From Chloroflexota bacterium (GTDB taxonomy: Bacteria > Chloroflexota > Dehalococcoidia > Lucifugimonadales > JADFKI01), in the NCBI GenBank assembly GCA_027623195.1, contig JAQBUT010000005.1, positions 31,464 through 95,463 of the forward strand: a stretch of 64,000 nucleotides of DNA, written 5' to 3'. Below, piece after piece: positions 49,402 to 60,021 of this stretch; the stretch's first letter is position 1, and each line of letters starts with the position of its first letter. The notes under the pieces are model-generated. The model worked only from the letters and a program-made list of their open reading frames with translations. It made no database searches and had not been told where the DNA came from. Both the position numbers and the translations under genes were made by a program.

Positions 49402-49533
49402 ACCTTGGACACCGCTAGGATAGCACAGGCATATCAGCCGTTCAAGATTTCCAGAGTGTGGAAGGTATGAGTATTTGGAACGTCAGGCCGTTACCTTTTC
49501 ACGCTAAACCGTCTATCCCCACATGGGTGTAGC

Positions 49534-50385
49534 CTAGCCTTTGTCCTGTAGCCGTCTGCCGTGGAAGAGGTACTGATTGGCGTAGCCGGCGTAGGTCCCA
49601 AAGAACTCCTGAGCCCACGGACGCATGGCCTTGCGCGTCAGCTTCTGCTCGACGACCTCTGGGTACCACTCTTTCAAGGCCCGGTCAATCCAGACATCGA
49701 CGGGAAAGGCTTGCGGCTTATCCAGCGAGAAGAGCAGGACGCAGTTGGCCACCTTATCCCCAATACCCGGTAACTCTATCAGGGCTTCCAGCGCCTCGTC
49801 GTAGGAGGCTTCCCGCAATGAATATAAGTCCACATCACCGCGCGCAATACGTTGGGCGGCCCCGGCGACGTACTTGGCGCGAAATCCCAGGCCCAGGTCT
49901 CTAAGCTTCTGCTCACCCGCGTCAGCCAGAGCACTGGGAGAGGGGAAAATGCTTCGTACCTGCCCATTCATCTCAAGAGCCTGACCGAAGCTCCTGGCCA
50001 TGTCCTCCACGTTGGTTGAGATACGCGGGATGTTGGAGTTGGCGGAACATATGAAGGAAACCATGCACTCCCACGGCTCCTGCCGAAGAATGCGAAGCCC
50101 CTTATACTTGTCAACGGCTGCGCTGATCTGCTCGCCTTTGCCTATGGAATCACCAATGGCGTCGAGGTCGTCGTCCAGCCGCAGGTAATCACGGAACAGT
50201 GGCGCGATGACCGCCTCATCATCTGGGGCGCAGAGGAACTCAACGCCCTGGGCCAGTTGTCTGGTTCGAATGATGTTATTGAACAGTACACCGTTGAACC
50301 AGCCATCCTCAAGACGCCATCGAAAAGCCTGCCCGCCAAGGAGCATGCTTTCTAGGTCCAGTATTCCATCAAAGGGTATTAACAT
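49534..50385 (-). CDS. ogg: 8-oxoguanine DNA glycosylase / AP lyase (OGG1-type, OGG_N + HhH-GPD)
   Basis: The N-terminal GGQAFRWR region and LPGIGDKVANCVLLFSLDKPQAFPVDVW closely mirror the OGG1 HhH-GPD active-site segment (catalytic Lys in LDKP, Asp in PVDV). Confidence 0.8.
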   Translation of the reverse strand: MLIPFDGILDLESMLLGGQAFRWRLEDGWFNGVLFNNIIRTRQLAQGVEFLCAPDDEAVIAPLFRDYLRLDDDLDAIGDSIGKGEQISAAVDKYKGLRILRQEPWECMVSFICSANSNIPRISTNVEDMARSFGQALEMNGQVRSIFPSPSALADAGEQKLRDLGLGFRAKYVAGAAQRIARGDVDLYSLREASYDEALEALIELPGIGDKVANCVLLFSLDKPQAFPVDVWIDRALKEWYPEVVEQKLTRKAMRPWAQEFFGTYAGYANQYLFHGRRLQDKG

Positions 50386-50461
50386 AATTTTTTAGACCGG
50401 GCCAAGCACTACTTAAATTATTAATGCCAATTTGCCCGAATTTCCTGCCTTCAATATGGTA

Positions 50462-53317
50462 TTACCTGTTCATCCAGTCCCTGATAACCGTATCCAACTC
50501 GTGCAAATCGCATGAGGTGAACTTGGCCGGGGGCAACGATTTCAGGAAAGACTGGCCATATCGCCGGGACACAAGACGCTTGTCCAGTAGAATGGCCACG
50601 CCTCGATCACTCTTGGTACGGATAAGCCGACCGAAGCCCTGCCGTAGTCGCAGAATGGCCTGTGGCACCGCGTATTCCATAAATGAGTTCTCGTATAACT
50701 CCGAACGAGCGGCGAACACAGGGTCCGAGGGTACGCTAAAGGGAAGTCGGGTAACGAGCAAAACCTTCAACGCGTCACCCGGCAAGTCCACACCTTCCCA
50801 GAAGCTGGCGGTGCCAATAAGCACCGACTTCGGGTTATCCATGAAGCGTTGGACTAGCTGCCTGGGCGAGCCGTCTGTGCCTTGGGCTAGCACGGTTATT
50901 CCTCTGGACTGAAGGTCCTCCCGCACAGCGGAGGCTGTGGCCTGAAGGCCTGCATAAGAGGTGAAAAGAGCCATAGTACGCCCGTCCACGGCTATGGCAG
51001 CATCTTTCACGGCCTGTTCGACGGCCTCCTGGTACGCATAGGAGTTGGGCTCGGGCATGTCCTGAGGCACGCAGATTAGCGCCGAATTCGGGTAATCGAA
51101 AGGTGAGCCCAGCAAAAGCTCCTCTGCATCGGTAAAACCGGTGCGCTCCACCACGTGACTAAAGCTGTCATTGGTGCTTAAGGTCGCGCTGGTGAGCACC
51201 ACGCAGTCTTTTGTGGAGAACAGGATCTCCTCCAGTGTGTCGCCTACGTGAAGCGGTGCGGAGTAGAGGACCAGCTCCTGATTTCTGCCGAGGCGCCGCG
51301 CCCAATAAATACCGTCGCTCTTCGGATTTGGCACGAACTCCTTCAGCTTGTCTCGCAGCTCCGTGTTGGTCTGAAGGTTGTTGTATATCTCCATAAGGAG
51401 ACCGTCGTAATTGAGAAGGTTTGCATCTTCTAGGCCTTCCAGCGAAACATTAAGGCGACGAATCTCCGTGCCAAGCTCGGACAGCATAACGTCGGCGTTC
51501 TGCCACTGAATCTCCAAGTCGGACCAACCCGGCTGCGAACGCGTGCCCGCCGTGACCCGCACCTCCTGACCTTTGCCGTTATCGGAGGCCGAGTCCATGA
51601 CCGAGCCAATGCCTGCGAAAAGCTGTGCCACGTTATCTCGGACCCTGGGCAGAAGCTCCGTTATCTTGGCCGCCTGCTTTTCTACGGAATCTTTACGGCC
51701 AGCGGAGGCTGTTGCGGTCCTGAAGGCGTTTATCGACTCGTTCAGCAGCCCACGCTCTCCGCTCAGAGACTGCGTATGGTCATCGAAACGGGCCTGGCTC
51801 AACTCAAATCCGAGGTGACGCGTGGCCTCCTCTTCGAGGTGATGAGCCTCGTCAATAATCAAAAGGTCGTATTCCGGGATGAGCGTGCCGCCAGCCGTGA
51901 GGTCCGAAAGAAGCAGGGCATGATTCACGACAACGAGATGGGACGCCGCCGCCTTCTCCCTGGATGCACGTAAAAAACACGGACCGCCTGAACTCAGGCA
52001 GTCCGTGGCGCCCTGAGCGGAGAGCCTGTCCCACGGCGCGGCGGTGTTGCGGCTACCCAGATTCAACTCGCTACGGTCGCCGGTTTCCGTAGTCTGCAGC
52101 CATACCATTATCTTGGCCAACATACGGGCTTCGTCTTCGTCGATGCTATCGTTCGAACGCAGGTGGTTCCATCGGCGCAAACAAAGGTAATTTGCCCTGC
52201 CCTTGAGCTGTGTGAATTTCAGTTCCTCAGCGTTTAGCCCCTCAATGGCCGACAGCGCCTGCACCAGGATAGGCACGTCCTTGCCCACAAGTTGTTCCTG
52301 CAACGCGATGGTGTTGGTAGAAACCACAACACGCTTGTTGTTTGCCAGGGCATAAAGAGCGGCAGGCAGCAGGTAGGCCAGCGATTTACCTACACCGGTT
52401 CCCGCCTCGACCAGCAGACGCTGGCCCTCGTTAATGGCCTTGGTTACGGCCTTTGCCATCTCCGCCTGTTCGGGTCTGTGGTCAAAACCAGGCAATGCCT
52501 GGGCCAGAGGGCTTCCCTCACTAAACAGGCTCGTCACCAGGTCTTCATCGACCTTGGTGACATCCCTGCTCGGGCGCAACGACCGTTCTCGTTGTAGCCT
52601 CTTCTCCAGGTCGCCGGTATCCAGGCCGCTGATGTCCACACTGGTTCTGAACTTAGGGGGAAGAGCCGCCATACCAGGCATTCCAGAGCCGTTCCCTGAT
52701 GGGTTCGCTCCCAGGCCACGCAGCAGGTAGCCCAGAACCCACGACGACCTGTCAGCCAGGCGCTGCATCTCCGCCACAGAATTGACATCTAGTTTCGCAG
52801 CGTCCTTGAGAAGCTCGACGAAAAGCTCTTTAGTAGCCAGGGCGTCATCGATTGCTCTGTGGGGTCGGTCGTGCGTCAGCCCCATACGGTCCGTCAAGCG
52901 GGAGAGGGAATACTCAGGCATACCAGGGTGCAGCACGTAGACCATATCCCAGGTGTCGCAACGTGGGTTGCTGAGCTTGAGGCCCGCCTTCTCCAGAAAG
53001 CCGACGTCGAAGGCAACGTTGTGACCGATAATTGGCGCGTTGCCTAGAAAGGCGGCCAGGCGGCCCACCACCAGTTCAAAGGGCGGCGCTTCATCCACCT
53101 GCTCCTGGGAAATGCTGGTGAAACGCTTGATAAAGGACGATAGCTTTCGACTGGGGTTAACAAAGGTCTGGAACGTATCCAGGACCTGTTCGCCCTGAAA
53201 CTTGACCGCGCCAATCTCTATGATGGCTTCCTTATCAACGTTCAGGCCGGTGGTCTCGAGGTCGATGGCTACCCACACGTCTTCAAAGGGCGAAGTGTGG
53301 AGAGGGAAAAGAGTCAT
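50462..53317 (-). CDS. dinG: Bifunctional DnaQ-like 3'-5' exonuclease / DinG-family ATP-dependent DNA helicase
   Basis: N-terminal DEDDh exonuclease motifs (VAIDLETTG, GHNVAFD, HRAIDDA). Then helicase motif I (AGTGVGKS), DEAH box (IIDEAHHLE) and C-terminal helicase motifs (SATL, VLIGTASFWEGVD, QGFGRLIR). 951 aa. Confidence 0.88.
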   Translation of the reverse strand: MTLFPLHTSPFEDVWVAIDLETTGLNVDKEAIIEIGAVKFQGEQVLDTFQTFVNPSRKLSSFIKRFTSISQEQVDEAPPFELVVGRLAAFLGNAPIIGHNVAFDVGFLEKAGLKLSNPRCDTWDMVYVLHPGMPEYSLSRLTDRMGLTHDRPHRAIDDALATKELFVELLKDAAKLDVNSVAEMQRLADRSSWVLGYLLRGLGANPSGNGSGMPGMAALPPKFRTSVDISGLDTGDLEKRLQRERSLRPSRDVTKVDEDLVTSLFSEGSPLAQALPGFDHRPEQAEMAKAVTKAINEGQRLLVEAGTGVGKSLAYLLPAALYALANNKRVVVSTNTIALQEQLVGKDVPILVQALSAIEGLNAEELKFTQLKGRANYLCLRRWNHLRSNDSIDEDEARMLAKIMVWLQTTETGDRSELNLGSRNTAAPWDRLSAQGATDCLSSGGPCFLRASREKAAASHLVVVNHALLLSDLTAGGTLIPEYDLLIIDEAHHLEEEATRHLGFELSQARFDDHTQSLSGERGLLNESINAFRTATASAGRKDSVEKQAAKITELLPRVRDNVAQLFAGIGSVMDSASDNGKGQEVRVTAGTRSQPGWSDLEIQWQNADVMLSELGTEIRRLNVSLEGLEDANLLNYDGLLMEIYNNLQTNTELRDKLKEFVPNPKSDGIYWARRLGRNQELVLYSAPLHVGDTLEEILFSTKDCVVLTSATLSTNDSFSHVVERTGFTDAEELLLGSPFDYPNSALICVPQDMPEPNSYAYQEAVEQAVKDAAIAVDGRTMALFTSYAGLQATASAVREDLQSRGITVLAQGTDGSPRQLVQRFMDNPKSVLIGTASFWEGVDLPGDALKVLLVTRLPFSVPSDPVFAARSELYENSFMEYAVPQAILRLRQGFGRLIRTKSDRGVAILLDKRLVSRRYGQSFLKSLPPAKFTSCDLHELDTVIRDWMNR

Positions 53318-53601
53318 AGGTGACGCTCACTAGAATGGCGGATGAGTTGGCTTCTGTTCACGTAACCATGCTAGCAAATTCACGGGCCTAAAGTCTGCGA
53401 CGAGGGATGCGGATTTCATGCGTCGATGTGGTAATAAACAGGGCTACGCTCTTTGAAATCTTATCCGTGGAGTGTAGAAGAGATGAACTGGATTGAACCT
53501 ATGGCAGTCGGGACTAATGGAAGAAAAAGAGGAATTTCGCCGAGGAAATTTAATGGCCAAACGCCTTACCGGCTAATTGCCCGGATAGGTCAGGCAAATC
53601 A

Positions 53602-53706
53602 TTAGACTCCGAATGAACGCAAGGCGCCCATAATCAACACCAGTCCCAGGAAACCCAAAAGGCCAAAAGCCAATGAGAGCACAAGGAAAGAGATAGTAAG
53701 CTCCAT
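53602..53706 (-). CDS. Possible 34-aa hydrophobic peptide
   Basis: The minus strand reads MELTISFLVLSLAFGLLGFLGLVLIMGALRSFGV*, a single predicted TM helix. It is below the ORF-track length cut-off. There is no homology support. Confidence 0.25.
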   Translation of the reverse strand: MELTISFLVLSLAFGLLGFLGLVLIMGALRSFGV

Positions 53707-53804
53707 GCTGAACCTGATACCCCTACTCAACACTGTTTGCAACATCGCTTACCCCCCCCGAGTTTGATCACGTTTATAGTCCTGCCCAACACTAAGTGAA
53801 GTTA

Positions 53805-54065
53805 CTAGGTTGCGTAGGCCCTAACCACTCGATAGGTCGTCCAGCCCAACATACACAGCAGGGGCATAATCATGACCAAGATGCCGTAGGCCATCCAGCG
53901 CTCAAAATAGTAAATCCAATTTGGACTGACCACACCAAACCGAAAGGCATTGCTCTTGGATGTCCAAACGCCCAGAAACAGCAGCAGGGACCATAAGAGA
54001 CCGGTCCACTGTATCTCCTTGAGAGAGTAGCCTGACGATCCAATTCCTATTGCGCTAAGACACAT
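53805..54065 (-). CDS. Hypothetical small membrane protein
   Basis: 86-aa ORF with two or three hydrophobic segments (LLWSLLLFLGVW, YGILVMIMPLLCMLGW). No recognisable family. Confidence 0.35.
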   Translation of the reverse strand: MCLSAIGIGSSGYSLKEIQWTGLLWSLLLFLGVWTSKSNAFRFGVVSPNWIYYFERWMAYGILVMIMPLLCMLGWTTYRVVRAYAT

Positions 54066-54264
54066 TTACAAGTTTCCAATTTGTTTGGCCTGATAAAAGG
54101 CATGCGAAAACTCACCCACAAAACACACAGCGTCATCGTCCCACTAAGCCTTCGCATACCCGGGATGAAATTCTTACGTTCAAGCATCGGGTATTGGATT
54201 GAATATCTTGGGGGCTGGCAGGTCGCTATGCGGTTAATTTCAAGTGAACTAATGGGGACATCAT

Positions 54265-54870
54265 GTGACCGTAACGTTAGGGAAGGATCAAACGTCCGAA
54301 CGAGCGGAGAAGGCCGTAGTCTTTGGTCCTTCCTACGGAGGCTTCGTGGCGCAGGAGTTTGCCCTTCGCCATTCTCATAAGGTCGCTCTTCTAATCCTAT
54401 GCGACACCGCCCCTGGACAGGTCGGGCGGAACCAGACTGCTGAGGAGGCTTTTGGGCCGCCGCCACCGCCCGAATATCTGGAGATGCTGGCCAACCCGCC
54501 CCAAACGGACGAGGAGTTGTCCACAGTTATGAACGGCATGATGCCCTTGTACCTCCACAAGGCCAAAGCCTCCGATCACCCCCCGGCTCTAGAGGGAACG
54601 ATATTCAGCATTGCTGCGATGAATCGAAGTTTCGAGGTCACTTCTATTTGGAGCGCCCTGGACCGTCTGTCGACCATAACGGCCCCAACGTTGCTTTTGG
54701 TGGGCAAACACGATACATTCACATCGCCTTCGCAGACCTACCGAATCGCTCGGCAGTTACCCCATGCCGAAATGGTGGATTTCGACGAAAGCGGATATAT
54801 GCCCTGGATGGGTGAGCCGAATAGGTCTTTCCAAGTGGTGGGCGACTGGCTCCAAAAATGTGAGCTTTAA
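54265..54870 (+). CDS. Alpha/beta hydrolase, N-terminally truncated or degraded
   Basis: Nucleophile elbow VVFGPSYGGFVAQEFALRH and a C-terminal catalytic-His region (ESGYMPWMGEP), but only ~200 aa. Residual N-terminal-like sequence lies in another frame (54081-54264). Confidence 0.55.
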   Translation: MTVTLGKDQTSERAEKAVVFGPSYGGFVAQEFALRHSHKVALLILCDTAPGQVGRNQTAEEAFGPPPPPEYLEMLANPPQTDEELSTVMNGMMPLYLHKAKASDHPPALEGTIFSIAAMNRSFEVTSIWSALDRLSTITAPTLLLVGKHDTFTSPSQTYRIARQLPHAEMVDFDESGYMPWMGEPNRSFQVVGDWLQKCEL

Positions 54871-54935
54871 TTTCTTGGGTATCTATTAATAACATTGCGC
54901 GGTCCCGCGCCGTAAATGATTGAATTGAGAGGTAA

Positions 54936-56015
54936 ATGATGAGTCTAGATTTCGTCACAAATGAAGAGGTGATTCAGGCAGCGAGAGCGAGGCTGCCCCA
55001 GAGCGCCTGGGATTATCTTTCCGGCGCATCCGAGTCGGAAACGACCATGCGACGCAACCGACTGGCATTCGACAAGGTAGCGTTTCGTCCCAGGGTGCTG
55101 GTAGATGTCTCCAGCGTAGACCCCTCAACGACCTTCCTGGGCCACAAGCTCCGCATTCCCGTCATGCCTGCACCTGTGGGTTCATTGCAGGAATTCACGC
55201 CGGAAGGCGGAGCCGCCACCACAAAGGCGTGTGCCGAGTTCGGAACCATGCACGTTGTCAGCTCCGTCACTGAGCCTAGCCTGGAAGCCATCGCTGAGAG
55301 CGGCGATAATCCCAAAGTATTCCAACTCTACGTCCACGGCGACTGGGAGTGGACAAAAGACCTGATAGACCGGGCAAAGGCGGCTGGCTACGTGGGACTG
55401 TGCACAACTGTGGATACCGCCCATTACAGCCGCAGAGAAAGGCCTCTGCGCGGCCGCTGGGAACCACCTACGCGCAGGGTAACCAGAGACCCGTTCTGGT
55501 CAGCGTCGGTTACGTGGGACTCCATTGACAAGTACAAGGCTCATTCCGGGTTGCCGTACATGCTTAAAGGCATCGCCACCGCCGAGGACGCCAAAATCGC
55601 GGTGGACCATGGCGTGGATGTCATATGGGTGTCGAACCACGGTGGCCGCCAGCTAGACCACGGACTGGGCACCATGGACATGCTCCCCGAAATCGTCGAG
55701 GCCGTGGACGGGCGTGCCGAGATCGTTCTGGACGGTGGCATTCAGCGAGGAAGTGATGTGGTCAAGGCCGCAGCCATGGGAGTTAAAGCTGTCGCAATCG
55801 GCAAACTCCAGTGCTGGGGACTGGGCGCCGCAGGCAAGGACGGCTTGGTTCGCGTGTTGGAAATCCTGGAAGAGGAGATGATCGTCGCCATGGCCCTGAT
55901 GGGCGTCACCTCCCTTGACCAGTTAAATTCGAACTACGTCACAAAAGCAGATCTCGTAACCATGCCTCATGAGATGAGCACATGGGTGAACAAGCCTGTG
56001 GACAGGATTCTTTAG
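54936..56015 (+). CDS. FMN-dependent alpha-hydroxy-acid dehydrogenase/oxidase (LldD/glycolate oxidase family)
   Basis: Family motifs PxxxAP(V/I)G, KGI, VSNHGGRQLD and DGGIQRGSDV. 359 aa. Confidence 0.85.
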   Translation: MMSLDFVTNEEVIQAARARLPQSAWDYLSGASESETTMRRNRLAFDKVAFRPRVLVDVSSVDPSTTFLGHKLRIPVMPAPVGSLQEFTPEGGAATTKACAEFGTMHVVSSVTEPSLEAIAESGDNPKVFQLYVHGDWEWTKDLIDRAKAAGYVGLCTTVDTAHYSRRERPLRGRWEPPTRRVTRDPFWSASVTWDSIDKYKAHSGLPYMLKGIATAEDAKIAVDHGVDVIWVSNHGGRQLDHGLGTMDMLPEIVEAVDGRAEIVLDGGIQRGSDVVKAAAMGVKAVAIGKLQCWGLGAAGKDGLVRVLEILEEEMIVAMALMGVTSLDQLNSNYVTKADLVTMPHEMSTWVNKPVDRIL

Positions 56016-56076
56016 GCAACTAAATCAGGCCGCTTGGACAGCCATGTTCAGGCGGCCTGAACGACCCTTAACCTGT

Positions 56077-57102
56077 CTACAACGCCGCTCGTACCTTGGG
56101 AATCACCTCTTCAGCGATAAGATGCAGCGTTTCCAGTATCAGGCCCTGCGGCATGCCACCCCACTCGATGCTCATAATCAGATGGTTGATGCCTATGCTC
56201 TCGCGTATGCCCAGAATCTGCTCCGCCACCTCGTCGGGCGACCCAATGAGAAACCGGTCCCCGAAAAGCTCCTCGAACTCTCCGCCCAGGTCGTTGTCGC
56301 CCTCGGGCATCTGACGGTCCTGGCCCCAGCTGTGATAGGCCGCGTACTTCTTCTCGATGAAGGGACCGCAGACCCGCATGGCCTCTTCCCGAGTTCGCGC
56401 CACGAATAGCTCGCGGCGCATGGGCAACTCTTCCGGAAATGGCTTGCCTACTCTGTCCAGGGCCTGGCAGTAAATCTCCATCTGCCGCTTTATGGTGCCT
56501 ATGCGGTTGTGAGGATTGATGTACCAGCAGTCGCCCAACCGGGCCGTGCGATCAATGGCTGCGTCGGCGTTGGCTCCAATCCAGATTGGCGGATGGGGGT
56601 CCTGCAAAGGCTTTGGCAGGCAAGACGCACCAATCAGTTCGAAGTGGTCCGCCTTCATGTCCACCGACTCCTCGGTCCAGAGCCGCTTGATGGCGATAAG
56701 GTTTTCCTCGAAGCGCTTGCCCCGCTGACTCATAGGCACGCCGAACGCCTTGAACTCGACATCGCGATAACCCAGCGCGGCGCCGAATATGATGCGCCCT
56801 CCGGACATGATGTCTAACGTCGCGAACTGCTCGGCGATCTCCAGGGGGGTGTACAGCGACAGCAACACGATGCCTGCGTTCAGTCGGACATTGGGGGCCT
56901 CCGCGCTGAGCCTGGCCAGCATAGGTATCTGCTGAAAGGACTGGAATGGCGGCGTGCTGAAGTGGGACGTGGCGGTCAAAGAGTCAAAGCCTAAGGCATC
57001 AGCAGTCCTGGCCTGCTCCAGTATCTCCTCGAAGCGCACGCCGATATCGTCGCCCATGGGGTACTGCCCACGCAGCACCAACCCAAATTCAAAATCTTTC
57101 AC
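56077..57102 (-). CDS. LLM-class flavin/F420-dependent oxidoreductase
   Basis: FEFGLVLRGQYP, FDSLTATSHF, FATLDIMSGGRIIFG, PPIWIGA motifs. 341 aa. Confidence 0.8.
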   Translation of the reverse strand: MKDFEFGLVLRGQYPMGDDIGVRFEEILEQARTADALGFDSLTATSHFSTPPFQSFQQIPMLARLSAEAPNVRLNAGIVLLSLYTPLEIAEQFATLDIMSGGRIIFGAALGYRDVEFKAFGVPMSQRGKRFEENLIAIKRLWTEESVDMKADHFELIGASCLPKPLQDPHPPIWIGANADAAIDRTARLGDCWYINPHNRIGTIKRQMEIYCQALDRVGKPFPEELPMRRELFVARTREEAMRVCGPFIEKKYAAYHSWGQDRQMPEGDNDLGGEFEELFGDRFLIGSPDEVAEQILGIRESIGINHLIMSIEWGGMPQGLILETLHLIAEEVIPKVRAAL

Positions 57103-57278
57103 TTTTTGAAATTACTCCCCTTCGCGGTCGCTGAAGTTCTTGTAGGCTATGGGACCTCGCGCGAAAAGTGCCAAATCCGAATGTCCTGTCATGGGTAAAC
57201 TCAGGCAAATTCGAGTCCCAACTAACGCGTCCAAAACCCATCGCTACCTAATCCTCTTGTGAAATTGGTAAAGCTAGC

Positions 57279-59189
57279 CTAGCCGCCACCCAGGCTGGCC
57301 TTCATAGCCTGCCAGGCCTGACGGGCCTCCTCCACAGAGCCTTCGTCTTCGATGGTCGTTATGTCACCGGGATCCTGGTCCAGGACGACGGCCTTGAACA
57401 CGCGACGCATTATCTTGCCGCTACGAGTTTTCGGCAGCATATCCACGAAATTCAGCTCACCAATAACCGCGATCGGGCCTAGCTCTCGGCGCACCGCCTG
57501 TAGCAGTTCGCCCTTCAACTCATCAGAGGCGGTGTAGTCGTTCTTCAACACCACGAAGGCGGAGATAACCTCCCCACGAAGCTGGTCAGGACGGCCTGTT
57601 ACGCCTGCCTCGGCCACGGCGGTATGAGTCAGCAGTGCAGACTCCACTTCAATGGTGCCAAGCCGGTGCGCGGCGATCTTGATGACCTCGTCGGCGCGCC
57701 CGGCGAACCAGACGTAGCCGTCCTCATCGATGTGCGCCGAGTCTCCGGTGAAGTACACCTGCGCCCCTGGAATCTTGCCCCAATAATCAGAAGCGTAGCG
57801 TTCCTCTTCGCCCCACAGCGTTGGCGTAAGGCTAGGGAAGGGCCGCGTGATTACCAGGATGCCCTTTTCGCCCGTCTCGCATGGCTGGCCCTCGGGCGTC
57901 ATGACGGCGGCCTCTATCCCCGGCATGGGAACGCCCGACGACCCCGGTTTTATGGGTAGCATGGACAGTCCGTAGGGATTTCCTACCATCGGCCCGCCGG
58001 TCTCCGTCTGCCAGTAATGATCGATTACCGGAATGCGATCATCCAGGATGTCCTTCTGAAGCCACTCCCACGCAGGAGGATTCAAGACCTCGCCCGCGCA
58101 GAATATTTTAGTCAGGGAATGCATTGGCGTCTTGGGCCGGGCAACATCGCCGTAGCGCATCAGCAGCCGGACTGCCGTGGGTGACGTAAAGATGCCGGTG
58201 ACCGCGAACTCCTCCGCTATCTGCCAGATGAGATCGGGGGCGGGATGATCCACCGCTCCCTCGAAGGCGATGGTGGTGCATCCGGCCAGCAGGGGCCCGT
58301 ACACAATGTAGCTGTGCCCGACGATCCACCCAATGTCCGAGGTGGCCCACCAGACGTCATCGGGTTTGAGATCAAAGGTCCATTTACCCATGCTGTGCAC
58401 GCCAACCTGGTAGCCGCCGTGAGTGTGGACTGCCAGCTTGGGCTTTGCCGTGGTGCCCGAGGTAGCCAGTATGAAGGCCGGCTCGTTGGACTCCATAACC
58501 TCATGGCTGTCGTCCTGTCCCTGTCCGCGACTCAGGAAATCGTCCCAGGTGATGTCCCGGTCCGGGGTCATGGGCACATCGTCGCGCCGATTCAGGACCA
58601 CGACGTGCTCCACCGTTTCGCCAGCTATCTCCATGGAAGCGTCGATGATGCCCTTCAGGGGAATGTCCTTACCCTTGCGGTAGGTGATGTCCGTGGTGAA
58701 GACCAGCTTTGAGCCGCTGGCCTGGATGCGGTCCCCTAACGCGCCCGAGCCAAATCCGGCAAACACGACAGAGTGTATCGCTCCGATTCTCAAGGTAGCC
58801 AGCATGAGCATAATGGCTTCAGGACACACCGGCATGTAGATAGTCAGGCGGTCGCCTTTCTTTATGCCCATTCCCCGAAGAGCGGCGGCCACCTGCTTGA
58901 CGCCGTGCAGAAGCTGAGCGTAGGTCAGCACTCGCCTCTCGCCGCGTTCCGTGACGTACGCTATCGCAGCGTGCCCTCCCCGACCATTCTCGACGTGCCG
59001 GTCTACGCAGTTGTAAGCCAGGTTGGTCTGCGCCCCCAGAAACCATCGAAACTTTGGAAAGTCCCATTGAAAAACCTTGTCCCATTTGCGGAACCAGGGA
59101 AGCTGGTCGGCTGCTCTTGCCCAAAAACCTTCTGGATCAGCGGTCGCCTCTGCGCGCCATCGTCGTGCGATAGGGTTAACCGTTTCCAT
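57279..59189 (-). CDS. acs: Acetate/propionate--CoA ligase (AMP-forming acyl-CoA synthetase)
   Basis: ILATSGTTAKPK AMP-binding motif, WWATSDIGWIVGHSYIVYGPL, YWQTETGG, and the C-terminal PKTRSGKIMRR signature of the Acs/PrpE clade. The ATG at 59189 has AGGAGG 6 nt upstream. Confidence 0.85.
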   Translation of the reverse strand: METVNPIARRWRAEATADPEGFWARAADQLPWFRKWDKVFQWDFPKFRWFLGAQTNLAYNCVDRHVENGRGGHAAIAYVTERGERRVLTYAQLLHGVKQVAAALRGMGIKKGDRLTIYMPVCPEAIMLMLATLRIGAIHSVVFAGFGSGALGDRIQASGSKLVFTTDITYRKGKDIPLKGIIDASMEIAGETVEHVVVLNRRDDVPMTPDRDITWDDFLSRGQGQDDSHEVMESNEPAFILATSGTTAKPKLAVHTHGGYQVGVHSMGKWTFDLKPDDVWWATSDIGWIVGHSYIVYGPLLAGCTTIAFEGAVDHPAPDLIWQIAEEFAVTGIFTSPTAVRLLMRYGDVARPKTPMHSLTKIFCAGEVLNPPAWEWLQKDILDDRIPVIDHYWQTETGGPMVGNPYGLSMLPIKPGSSGVPMPGIEAAVMTPEGQPCETGEKGILVITRPFPSLTPTLWGEEERYASDYWGKIPGAQVYFTGDSAHIDEDGYVWFAGRADEVIKIAAHRLGTIEVESALLTHTAVAEAGVTGRPDQLRGEVISAFVVLKNDYTASDELKGELLQAVRRELGPIAVIGELNFVDMLPKTRSGKIMRRVFKAVVLDQDPGDITTIEDEGSVEEARQAWQAMKASLGGG

Positions 59190-59331
59190 GCTGCGCCTCC
59201 TGTGAAAATTCCGAGGGTTATTTACCAAGCCACCAATATGGCGAAAGGATATCGCCGTACGTCAGGGATAGCAAATATTTCTGGGTTGTTGGCGACACTG
59301 GGGGTCGTGCCACAAGCAATACAGAGGGGAA

Positions 59332-60021
59332 CTACAGGCGGAAGGGCTGGATGTCGCCTATGTGCAGGTTTTGCGCAGGAGTGAAGGCTTTGGCCTTGAG
59401 AGCCTCGATGAGGTCCGACTCGCCGCTGATGTCGCCGTCGAACATAGTGACGCACTTGCCCAGGCCGTGCGTCGAATGAACATCGCTGCCCCCTGTGCCG
59501 CCCAGGCCAAGCCTGGCTGCGACGTCCAGCGTGAACAGGTTTTCCTGGTCTGTGTTGGAACCGTTGGCCACCTCGATATCGTCTACCAACTGAAACAACG
59601 GATGCCCGGATGCCTCCTCGGCCGTCTCAGGTTGCACGGCGGAGCCCTTGAAAAGAAGGTTCACGTTGTACGGAGGTTTGTTGAAGAGGTTCCGGAAAGG
59701 GTGTGCGGAAACCATGACTCCCCCTGCCCTGTTGACCGCCTTACGAAGCTCGTTGGCCTTGTGCATGCCGCTGGTGTAGCGGTGAAGGCCAAAAACAAGG
59801 ATGTGCCCCATGTCTGTGTCGACTTCCAAGGCCCGTATTACGGTAAGGCCCGCACCACGAAACGTAGACACCAGTTCGGGTGTTTCCCAGCCACCTCCAT
59901 GTTCAGTGAGACACACGCCGTCCAGACCTATCCTTTGGGCTTCCGCTATTAGCTGATCGGGCGTGAGGCTGCTGTCGCTGCTGCCTCGGACGGTATGTAC
60001 ATGTAGGTCAAATACTGCCAA
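59332..60021 (-). CDS. PHP-domain metal-dependent phosphoesterase
   Basis: DLHVHTVRGSSDS...CLTEHGG...SAHPF...GGSDVHS His/Asp ligand pattern of the PHP family. TTG start. Confidence 0.75.
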   Translation of the reverse strand: MAVFDLHVHTVRGSSDSSLTPDQLIAEAQRIGLDGVCLTEHGGGWETPELVSTFRGAGLTVIRALEVDTDMGHILVFGLHRYTSGMHKANELRKAVNRAGGVMVSAHPFRNLFNKPPYNVNLLFKGSAVQPETAEEASGHPLFQLVDDIEVANGSNTDQENLFTLDVAARLGLGGTGGSDVHSTHGLGKCVTMFDGDISGESDLIEALKAKAFTPAQNLHIGDIQPFRL

